DNA of 34,590 bases from Candidatus Nanohaloarchaea archaeon (GTDB lineage: Archaea > Nanohalarchaeota > Nanosalinia > Nanosalinales > Nanosalinaceae), in the NCBI GenBank assembly GCA_014297435.1, contig JACOQA010000006.1, positions 1 through 34,590 of the forward strand. Direction: 5' to 3'. This document shows positions 19,371 through 27,229 of the stretch, in pieces; the stretch's first letter is position 1; each line of letters opens with the position of its first letter. The position numbers and the translations under genes were made by a program. Under the pieces are notes generated by a model. It had not been told where the DNA came from. It was given only the letters and a program-made list of their open reading frames with translations, and did not search any database.

Positions 19371-20623
19371 AAACCCCTTAGGTCAATCTGGAGATCTTTC
19401 AGATGCTCAGTAGCCCCAACATAATCAAATTCTTCAACAAATCCTCCTGTCTTAAACTGGAATAATCTTAATTCTTCTTTCAGAAATTCTTTCTCTTCTT
19501 CGTTAAAGTGATCAGCAAAGAATTCATTAATAAAGTCATTATCATGGGTCGTGATAAATAATTGAATATCTTCCTCCTTGGATATTTTAACTAAGAAAGA
19601 GACCAATTCCCTGATATAACCAGGATGCATGTGATTTTCGGGCTCCTCGACCAGTACAACTTTATTTTCTTTTTCGTCTATAAGCCGCCAAAGAAATCCC
19701 ACTATCGATTTGAAACCATCTCCCATGAATTCAAAGGGTATCTGATATTTTTGACCATCCTCTTTGAAGACTAAGCTATCCAAATCAAAGGTTTTCAAAT
19801 TGTCCAAAATCCCATTCTCTTTAATATAGTCTCCAATATCATCAATTTTAACTGCGTTATCCTCTTCGTCCTTTTCTAAGCCTACTCTGTCAAATTTTGC
19901 AGATCTTATAAATTTGAGATTCTCTCGGGTTGCGGGTTTTGATAGAAAACCGCTGCGATTGTGAGGATGTCGAAACACGAAATCTCTGATAAGATGGTTC
20001 TTCACGATCTCCTCATATTCATCTAATCTCTCGTTATCAAGGATATCTTTTCTTATTTCTTCTCTATCTCTAAATAAAGGTTGTAAAGCTCCAATATTAT
20101 AGAAAATATGCGACCTATCATTTACCTTGACTACCAAAAAATTATCCTGTATCTTAGATTCTTGGATTTCTGTTATCCTCTCTTGAATAACATCTTCAAA
20201 TGCTTCTTCTATAGAATCAAGAACGTCTTTTACTTTAAACTCATAATCAGCATCCAAATTATCTCTTAAGTCATTTAATCTAACTTCAAGTTGATTTCTA
20301 TGAAATAGAGATTTTTTAGAAGCCATCATTAAGTTATCTTTGGCTTCTTTCTTATCAATATATTTTAAAATAATCTCTTCAGTTTCATCATCAATTTGTC
20401 CAGTTAAAGTAGCTTTATTATAGTCTCTATTAATTAGAGAATCAATATTCCTACTGTAACCCGATATTCTTGTAGGGCGGTATAGAAGTTCCAAAGATTG
20501 CAGGAAAGAGGTTTTTCCAGTGTTGTTGCGGCCAGTAATAAGGTTAAAACGGCCGGGTTCTAACTCCAAGTCCTCTACTCCCTTATAACCTATGACGCTC
20601 ACCTTATTGATTTTATCTGACAT
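19367..20623 (-). CDS. ABC-type ATPase (AAA_15/AAA_21-like)
   Basis: Walker A GRNNTGKT, signature MGDG, Walker B VLVEEPENHMHP, H-loop FITTH. Confidence 0.9.
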   Translation of the reverse strand: MSDKINKVSVIGYKGVEDLELEPGRFNLITGRNNTGKTSFLQSLELLYRPTRISGYSRNIDSLINRDYNKATLTGQIDDETEEIILKYIDKKEAKDNLMMASKKSLFHRNQLEVRLNDLRDNLDADYEFKVKDVLDSIEEAFEDVIQERITEIQESKIQDNFLVVKVNDRSHIFYNIGALQPLFRDREEIRKDILDNERLDEYEEIVKNHLIRDFVFRHPHNRSGFLSKPATRENLKFIRSAKFDRVGLEKDEEDNAVKIDDIGDYIKENGILDNLKTFDLDSLVFKEDGQKYQIPFEFMGDGFKSIVGFLWRLIDEKENKVVLVEEPENHMHPGYIRELVSFLVKISKEEDIQLFITTHDNDFINEFFADHFNEEEKEFLKEELRLFQFKTGGFVEEFDYVGATEHLKDLQIDLRGL

Positions 20624-20739
20624 ATATTGGTACTAGTTATTTCCAAACAATTAAAAGATAGTGCGTTTTAATTAACTACTCGAACATAAGTAATTTAATA
20701 TCCGCTCCTAATTTAACTCTTAGTTATACTTCTCTACAC

Positions 20740-21447
20740 ATGGGGGATTGGGGAGAAGAATTCAACGCACTTCTAAACGGCGAAGAACCAGAAATCAGAA
20801 CTCCAGGAGATATATCCAAAGTTCTTGACCGCGAAAACAGTTACTGGCATCCTACACAGGTAAGAAACGTGGAAAGACAGGAAACAATCGACAGAGAGTA
20901 CGCTTCAAGTATGAACAAAGCAATAGCGACCGCTTATGAACAGCATTTTGCGGACGATTATCAGTCAGAGAAAGCTGACCGGGGGCACATGGATGTAAGA
21001 CTTACTTTTACTCCGAAAGCCCAAAACTGGTCTGTACAGGTAAAATCATGTAACTACTTCCGGAAAGCCCAAGACAGTGTCAGAACAGGATCTTTCACTT
21101 TCAGAAAGGATGACTATCAAAAGATGGAGGAGAAATCATTTATCCAGTTTTACGTTGGTCAGACATTTTTCGACGATGAAAGGGATTTTGAGGGCGAAGT
21201 GATCCAAGTAGTAAACGATGAAGGACGTGAAGCGTATGTTGAGAAAGTGGGTCAGATGTTGGTTCCTAAGCATGTTTTCGACCAGCACTTTGAACCGGAT
21301 TGGAACCGTAGCGGAACCTGGAATCTGAAGTGGACAGAGGTGTTCGGAGAGGTTCCTGCAGAGAGTCCTATCTTTGGTTTTACATTTGAAAATTACTCGG
21401 AAATTAACAACGAAGACCTGTACAAGCTCTCCGATTTCAAAGCTTGA
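20740..21447 (+). CDS. putative PD-(D/E)XK nuclease (D..QxK variant), copy A
   Basis: AYEQHF...HMDVRL...SVQVKSC...G.F; paralog of 22692..23474. Confidence 0.6.
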   Translation: MGDWGEEFNALLNGEEPEIRTPGDISKVLDRENSYWHPTQVRNVERQETIDREYASSMNKAIATAYEQHFADDYQSEKADRGHMDVRLTFTPKAQNWSVQVKSCNYFRKAQDSVRTGSFTFRKDDYQKMEEKSFIQFYVGQTFFDDERDFEGEVIQVVNDEGREAYVEKVGQMLVPKHVFDQHFEPDWNRSGTWNLKWTEVFGEVPAESPIFGFTFENYSEINNEDLYKLSDFKA

Positions 21448-21541
21448 TAATTCCTTCTTTATGGTACAGAGCCCTTTAAAAGGGAAAGGATTATCTAACG
21501 TGGCGACCGCTTAATAAGCTTTTACCCATAAGTTACAACAC

Positions 21542-22630
21542 ATGTCTGGGCTTGAAGTCGTAGAGCAAATGCTGGGAGAGGAAAAAGCGGAGAACCTAAA
21601 GGAAGCAAGAAAGCATCATGCCGACATAACTGAGGAGGAGAGAAAAAGAATTAGAAACACAAACAGGGCTCTAGAATATACAACTGAAACAATTGAAGAC
21701 CCTGAAAGAGATTTTGAGATATCGACCGCGATGATTCTATGGGGTGGTAATACGCCTGAAGAGCTTTCATCGCTCTTCTCGAGGGAGAGAGTCGTTGATG
21801 CGATGGTAAATGACATGCAAGAAGTACGTGAAGGAAACTACAATAAAGTTGATTGGAAAGGATCAGAGCTTCTAGAAAGCTTCAGGCATCATGTCACAAC
21901 CAACAATCATCCTGCTAACAAGATGATAGATATTGAAGATGAGAACGATTACGATTCCAATCTTTCATCCTTGAGGGAAGATATAAAGAGTTGGTTCAAA
22001 GAAACAAGAGAGAACTTCCATAAGATGCATAATGAGAATGGACTCCTGCGAGATTTCGACCCTAAAAATATCGGAGACAGACCAGAGATGAGAGAGACGG
22101 CGAAAGAAGCCTACGATTCTAGAGAACCAGAGGTCCCTGAAGTCTCTAAACCAGTTGCAACTGAAATACTAAAATTCCTTGTAGAAGATCGCATCTACCT
22201 TTCACCTCCTGAAGAGAATTCTAAGGCTGTTAGAGAAGATGAAAAAAGAGAAAAAACGTTTGAAACCAAACACTCAAGAATAGACTGGGATGGATTCAAA
22301 GAGAAGTATAGCTCAGTTCCCGGAGACGAAATGAGAGAACTATATGAGATTGCAGCCAAGTACCAGGACGAGGACGGAATTATCGACTCCGATCTACTTG
22401 GAAAAATAACAGCAGACATCAACGGAATGGACGTAAAATATGATGCCGATGAGAAAGATCTAGCCGAGAACTTCGGAGAACTGAAGAGAGCTGTCTCCCA
22501 GGTAGAAGATCTTGACTATGGTTTGCCTGTAGGCGGAAAGGAAAGAGAGCTTGAGGCATTAGCAAGAACCATTCAGAACGTTCAGGAATTTTACGAGAAA
22601 GAAACCTACAAAATCAAGCGAGAAGCCTAG
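21542..22630 (+). CDS. hypothetical acidic, probably helical protein
   Basis: 362-aa ORF with no recognised motif. Confidence 0.75.
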   Translation: MSGLEVVEQMLGEEKAENLKEARKHHADITEEERKRIRNTNRALEYTTETIEDPERDFEISTAMILWGGNTPEELSSLFSRERVVDAMVNDMQEVREGNYNKVDWKGSELLESFRHHVTTNNHPANKMIDIEDENDYDSNLSSLREDIKSWFKETRENFHKMHNENGLLRDFDPKNIGDRPEMRETAKEAYDSREPEVPEVSKPVATEILKFLVEDRIYLSPPEENSKAVREDEKREKTFETKHSRIDWDGFKEKYSSVPGDEMRELYEIAAKYQDEDGIIDSDLLGKITADINGMDVKYDADEKDLAENFGELKRAVSQVEDLDYGLPVGGKERELEALARTIQNVQEFYEKETYKIKREA

Positions 22631-22691
22631 CTATTTTTCTCCACAAACTTTAGTATTTTTATCACAATTATAGCTCAGGGGGAAACTATTT

Positions 22692-23474
22692 TTGTTAGTA
22701 AACAGGAATTCTGAAGATTCTGAAAATCTGATATACGCCGCTCTCAAAGCTCTAGGCGGAGAACCTAGAAGCTATCATCCACGTTTCTACGTAAATGAGT
22801 GGGCAGAAGCAGCACACGATCCTCTGATAGAACATCCTGAAGACGTTAAAGAGGACTGGTACAGACCTAACCTCGAACCCTTTACACATGATATCAATGA
22901 AGCACATGAAAACTACCTCGCTGAGAATTTGCATATGGAGAGAATGAATGGACAGGGAGCTTACAGATCAGATGAATTGGAAGGGGAAGAACTTAACCAA
23001 GCTAAGGAAGTCGATCTAGTTGTAACCGAGGGACCTTTCAAAGATACTTTGGTTCAGGCTAAATGCGCTGCATTAAGAGTCACGAGAGGTGACAGACCGG
23101 CTGGAGGTCACAAGAGTACTCCTGGAGGAATCTACATGAGAGACAACCTTCCTGATCTGAGAGATGACTGGGATCAAGATGCATTACTTTATGTGTCAAT
23201 ACATTATCCTAGAACCGATTTTGAAGATGATTTACCTGTTCCGACTGTTCCCGTTGTTGAAAAAGAGGACGAAAGGCTGGACGACAGCAAGCTTGAAACA
23301 GCGTATGTCGGAGACTTTATCATGCCGGTCAAAAGGGTTCTTGAAGAAGTTGAGTTCTATCCAAGCGGTTACCGTAACTGGGAGTGGCCGGACGCTTTAG
23401 GAGAAATACCTGAACCAGATTGCCTAGTTGATAGATGGCTTAAAGATTCCTTTATTTCTGAGAATCTTCCTTGA
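22692..23474 (+). CDS. putative PD-(D/E)XK nuclease (D..QxK variant), copy B
   Basis: AHENYL...EVDLVV...LVQAKCA...GGIY; TTG start. Confidence 0.6.
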   Translation: MLVNRNSEDSENLIYAALKALGGEPRSYHPRFYVNEWAEAAHDPLIEHPEDVKEDWYRPNLEPFTHDINEAHENYLAENLHMERMNGQGAYRSDELEGEELNQAKEVDLVVTEGPFKDTLVQAKCAALRVTRGDRPAGGHKSTPGGIYMRDNLPDLRDDWDQDALLYVSIHYPRTDFEDDLPVPTVPVVEKEDERLDDSKLETAYVGDFIMPVKRVLEEVEFYPSGYRNWEWPDALGEIPEPDCLVDRWLKDSFISENLP

Positions 23475-23670
23475 TGCCAGAAAAAGGGGACTTTTGCTTA
23501 AGTGGTCCTGAGACATAGAATTGATTCTTTCCAAAACATTGTAGTTTTTAGATCCATTGAGTTCTCTCTGCTCTCCGATTTAACGTTGTACAATGCATCT
23601 CTATCAAAACAGTATTGGTTAAAAGCCTTCAGCTCTACAGATAACAGGTCGAGAGGTTAAACCTGGAACT

Positions 23671-24213
23671 ATGGTAATGATTAAAGGAAATCATACGGTA
23701 GAGGATCTGATCAGAGCTTCAAGAATCGATGAAGTTGATGCGCCTAAAGGTTACTCTTGGAGAGCTCTTGATCGTATAGAGGAAGAAAGTGAAGGATTGG
23801 ATAGTATCTCTGAACTGAACGATCAGCACCCCGAAAGGATGAAGGACGGTTCGGAAATAGTCTTAAGCATGGAGGAATACCTTGAAGAACTTCCGGACTA
23901 TGCGAGTTGGCAGCCTGAAAACATCGATTCTTACAGAGCGGAGAGAACTGTTAACTATGATTTAATCTTGTCAGTAGGTCCTGATCACGAGAGTTTTAGG
24001 AAGGTTCTGAAAGATGAAGGGTACAGACCTTTTTGCGATTCGCAGTGGGAAAGATTAACCTTGAATCTTTTGAGCATAGCAGATTCAGAGGCAGCGGATA
24101 GAAAGGCGTGGGAAAACGCCAGCCAAGAACTTTCAGGTCATAAGTGGGAAATCAAAGGTGTTGTCGATAGATGGGTTTACGAAGATATAATTGATGATCC
24201 GTCGGATTACTGA
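23671..24213 (+). CDS. hypothetical acidic protein
   Basis: 180-aa ORF, Trp- and acid-rich. Confidence 0.7.
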   Translation: MVMIKGNHTVEDLIRASRIDEVDAPKGYSWRALDRIEEESEGLDSISELNDQHPERMKDGSEIVLSMEEYLEELPDYASWQPENIDSYRAERTVNYDLILSVGPDHESFRKVLKDEGYRPFCDSQWERLTLNLLSIADSEAADRKAWENASQELSGHKWEIKGVVDRWVYEDIIDDPSDY

Positions 24214-24407
24214 GGTTCTTTCTCTTTTTCGACCCGCTTATCTTTTCTAAGCCATATTCTACGGAACCCTATTGAAAAACCAATTGAAATCAGTTAGATG
24301 AAGGCTCCTGTAGATAGAAAGACCTTCGGTATAAGCTGAATCTGGTAATAAATCTGTTGGAGAGTGCTGATCGTCAGAGTAGTTGAAGAAGAAAATTAAA
24401 AGAGTTT

Positions 24408-24536
24408 TTAGGCGCTTATGCCCGATGCCCCGAGACAGCTCCGGTGTATATAGCCATCAGCAGTTGTAACGAAGCTGTGACTTGATTTGACACGTTTACC
24501 GCAGAAAATGCAGTTGCCGTAGCTGTTCGAGGACAT
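24408..24536 (-). CDS. 42-aa zinc-finger microprotein (CxxC...HxxC)
   Basis: Not in the ORF track. Translates to MSSNSYGNCIFCGKRVKSSHSFVTTADGYIHRSCLGASGISA; SD GAGGTG upstream. Confidence 0.75.
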   Translation of the reverse strand: MSSNSYGNCIFCGKRVKSSHSFVTTADGYIHRSCLGASGISA

Positions 24537-24711
24537 AACTTGGACACCTCATATACCAAAAGAGATTGACAGTTGAAAAATGTTTGACAGATCGAAAGGT
24601 TTCAATCGAACATTATGTATAGGCACTAACGTTAAGTGAAGAGATAGGTGAAAGAATTGAAAACGGTTAACATAATTTAAAGCTGAGGTTAGACAGTTTT
24701 TACAGTAAGTA

Positions 24712-24840
24712 GGGGTCGTAGCTCAACTTGGGAGAGCGTCCGCCTCCAGAAATAGTTCTGGAGGGATGAGGCATTCAGCCAATGATTAACCCTTTTTCGG
24801 AGATAGCGGAAGGTTGCGGGTTCAAATCCCTCCGACCCCA
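24712..24840 (+). tRNA. tRNA-Trp(CCA) with a 55-nt intron at position 37/38 (24750-24804)
   Basis: Acceptor GGGGTCG/CGACCCC, anticodon stem TCCGC/GCGGA, loop CT-CCA-G|A. BHB-like CTCC/GGAG helix with AGA and ATA bulges. TTTAAA box at 24676. Confidence 0.95.
24750..24804 (+). ncRNA. intron-encoded box C/D-type guide for Cm34 of tRNA-Trp
   Basis: Guide TTCTGGAGG is complementary to the anticodon region; D'-like ATGA and C'-like ATGATTA form a K-turn; the N+5 rule points to C34. Confidence 0.7.
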
Positions 24841-24878
24841 AATATTCTAAGAAAAAAATTAACGGAAGTAGATATTTT

Positions 24879-25163
24879 TTAGTTGGCGAACGCTAGAAGT
24901 GTCGAAACGTACGATGCAGCAAGCACTGCCGCCAACAAAGTCAGCAAAGAGATCGCTTCTGTCAGCTCTTTCCAGTCTCCTTCAAGCATGTCCGCGATTG
25001 TTGCGGAGACGAAACTCACCGCTGCCATAACAGCGACACCTAGAAGTGTGCCAGCGTAGCTGGGGTTCAGCGAGAGACTGAACGCCGAAAGTATGATGAA
25101 ACCGTAAAATATAGGTTTCGCGATCTCAACCGATTTTTCTGTCGAAATAAACTCGTCTTTCAT
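24879..25163 (-). CDS. small membrane protein (3 TM)
   Basis: Start placed at MKDEFIS to avoid overlap with the divergent gene; three hydrophobic segments. Confidence 0.7.
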   Translation of the reverse strand: MKDEFISTEKSVEIAKPIFYGFIILSAFSLSLNPSYAGTLLGVAVMAAVSFVSATIADMLEGDWKELTEAISLLTLLAAVLAASYVSTLLAFAN

Positions 25164-25210
25164 AACAACAAACTCGTATAAAACATTCAATTCGCCTAAA
25201 TAAAAGTACC

Positions 25211-26164
25211 GTGATTCATGAGAAAGATGGCATCCATATCGAAACCAACGAGAAGGTTGTAGCCGACGCAAGAACAGCTAAGGGAGATATTAACTTTGTA
25301 TCTCATGCCCATGCGGACCACGCAGCCAAAGAAGACGGCAGATTCGTCTGTTCCGAACTTACACGAAAGATAATGTCCGAAAGATTTGATGTGGAAATGG
25401 AGAGGTATGAAAACAGTAAAATAGAGCTTATTGAATCCGGTCATATCATAGGATCCACCTCCGCACTGATAGACAACCAGATACTTTACACAGGAGACTT
25501 CTCACCAAGAGACAGACTCTACCTAAACGGTTTCGAGCCAGTAGAAGCTGAAAAGCTGATTATGGAGACTACGTACGGAACTCCCGCTTACAGGTTTCCC
25601 TCCCAAGAAGAAGTAGAGAAAAGAATCAAGGACTGGGTTGCAGACAGTAATGGACCTCTAGTTCTTTTTGGATACTCACTGGGAAAAGCGCAGAAAATAC
25701 AGCAGATAGTACAGAAATCAACTAGTAGAGATCTTATTGCGCATGACGCTATCAAAAACATGAATGAAGTAATTGAGAAACATACAGACCTTGAATTTAG
25801 AGCCAAGCCTTACGACAAAAATAAAGACGTTTTGGAGGAAAACGGGATACTTTTTGCGCCTTCAAGAAGTTCTCAAGCCGACTGGATGAAAAAAATTGTC
25901 GACAAGTATGGCGTGAAGAAAGCAGGCTTCTCAGGATGGGCGAACACCGATTCATTCAGGTATAGAGGAGGTTACGACGAGACCTTTGTTTTGTCCGACC
26001 ATGCCGACTTTGATGAGCTGGTGGAAACAGTTGAGAAGGTTAATCCGGAAAAAGTTTACACTCATCACGGTTTTGACGAGGAGTTTGCTTCTTACCTGAA
26101 AAGAGAGAAAGGAATCGACGCCCGCGCATTAAAACATAACCAGTCAAGCCTTACTGACTTCTAA
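25211..26164 (+). CDS. metallo-beta-lactamase/beta-CASP family exonuclease
   Basis: SHAHADH, GHIIGS, YTGDF, METTYG, GYSLGKAQ, LSDHADF, THHG. Confidence 0.9.
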   Translation: MIHEKDGIHIETNEKVVADARTAKGDINFVSHAHADHAAKEDGRFVCSELTRKIMSERFDVEMERYENSKIELIESGHIIGSTSALIDNQILYTGDFSPRDRLYLNGFEPVEAEKLIMETTYGTPAYRFPSQEEVEKRIKDWVADSNGPLVLFGYSLGKAQKIQQIVQKSTSRDLIAHDAIKNMNEVIEKHTDLEFRAKPYDKNKDVLEENGILFAPSRSSQADWMKKIVDKYGVKKAGFSGWANTDSFRYRGGYDETFVLSDHADFDELVETVEKVNPEKVYTHHGFDEEFASYLKREKGIDARALKHNQSSLTDF

Positions 26165-26177
26165 AAAAAACTTGATC

Positions 26178-26609
26178 TCAGTTTGAACCGGTGAAGAATA
26201 TCCTGTCGAGAGCTGCATCTACAAACTTCTCCTCTTTATCCTCAAAAAGAGGTGCGGCATCCTCCACCGCCATCCTTCCTCCAGATGTAAGTTGTTTTCC
26301 GAACTCTTTACGTGCCGAACTCAACACATCGACTTTACCAGTTAGATGCTGTCTGATTTCACGATTTTGTTCTTTACCGTGGGAATCAAAATCAGTTAGA
26401 ATAGCAACTCTATCGCTTCCTCTTTCTACATCTTCCGCCAGGTCTTCATGGGTTCTTTCGGCTGATTCAAAGATCTTTCCTTCGAATCCCAGCATCCTCA
26501 TCACTCTTCTATCGGAGAAACCTTCTACAATTATAGAGTCAACGTCTCTGTCGAGTTTTTCCACCTCTTTTTCCAGACGGTTTCTTTCCTTGAACTTCTC
26601 TACATCCAT
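26178..26609 (-). CDS. small Toprim domain protein (RNase M5/primase-like)
   Basis: IIVEGFSD and AILTDFDSHG. Confidence 0.85.
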   Translation of the reverse strand: MDVEKFKERNRLEKEVEKLDRDVDSIIVEGFSDRRVMRMLGFEGKIFESAERTHEDLAEDVERGSDRVAILTDFDSHGKEQNREIRQHLTGKVDVLSSARKEFGKQLTSGGRMAVEDAAPLFEDKEEKFVDAALDRIFFTGSN

Positions 26610-26644
26610 AACTGGGGTAAATTAGGGACTCGAAGTATAAATAC

Positions 26645-27229
26645 ATGGATTCGAACGAAAGCATGGTCGACTACCTGGTTGAAATGGAAAAGATCCAATC
26701 TCCCGAGGTAGAGCAAGCTTTCAGAAACGTAGACAGAAAGAGGTTCATGCCAGACGATTTCAGGGATCGGGCTTACGAAGATCGTCCTTTCTCACTCGCG
26801 GAGAATTCGACTATATCCGCTCCTCACATGGTGGCGATCGACACAGAACTACTCGAAGTCAAAGAAGATTCTAGTGTTGTAGAGGTAGGTTCCGGTTCGG
26901 GCTACCAGCTAGCGATACTTTCAGAACTAGGTAAAGAAGTGAAAGGCATCGAACTTAATGAGGAGCTATTCAAATCTTCGAAAGAAAAGCTTTCCGACCG
27001 TGAAAACGTCGATGTCTTCCATGGCTCCGGACTAGAACCTTTGAAAGAAAATTTCGACCGTATTCTTTTTTCATGTGCTGTCGAATCTATCGAACCGTTC
27101 CTTGAAAAATTAAAGGAGGATGGGGTCATGGTGGCGCCGGTTAACGAAGAGTTGGGCACACGTCTGAAGAAATGGAAGAACGGCACAGTCTCTAATCATG
27201 GCTTTGTTCGTTTCACGGATTTCAGGTAA
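26645..27229 (+). CDS. pcm: protein-L-isoaspartate O-methyltransferase
   Basis: VDRKRF..AYED, TISAPHM, VEVGSGSGY, FDRI, GVMVAPV, VRF. Confidence 0.93.
   Translation: MDSNESMVDYLVEMEKIQSPEVEQAFRNVDRKRFMPDDFRDRAYEDRPFSLAENSTISAPHMVAIDTELLEVKEDSSVVEVGSGSGYQLAILSELGKEVKGIELNEELFKSSKEKLSDRENVDVFHGSGLEPLKENFDRILFSCAVESIEPFLEKLKEDGVMVAPVNEELGTRLKKWKNGTVSNHGFVRFTDFR

Noticed and set aside
21542-22630. HEPN-like R-x4-6-H motif (RENFHKMH)
   Set aside because: Too common by chance to support a call without a structure.
23475-23670. Intergenic gap as a possible ncRNA or small ORF
   Set aside because: No convincing stem structure, SD-led ORF or repeat was found by eye.
18711-24717. AGGGGTC occurs at both 18711 and 24711, bracketing the island like att sites
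   Set aside because: Only 7 bp. The left copy is explained by the terminator hairpin and the right by the tRNA 5' end, and no integrase is present.
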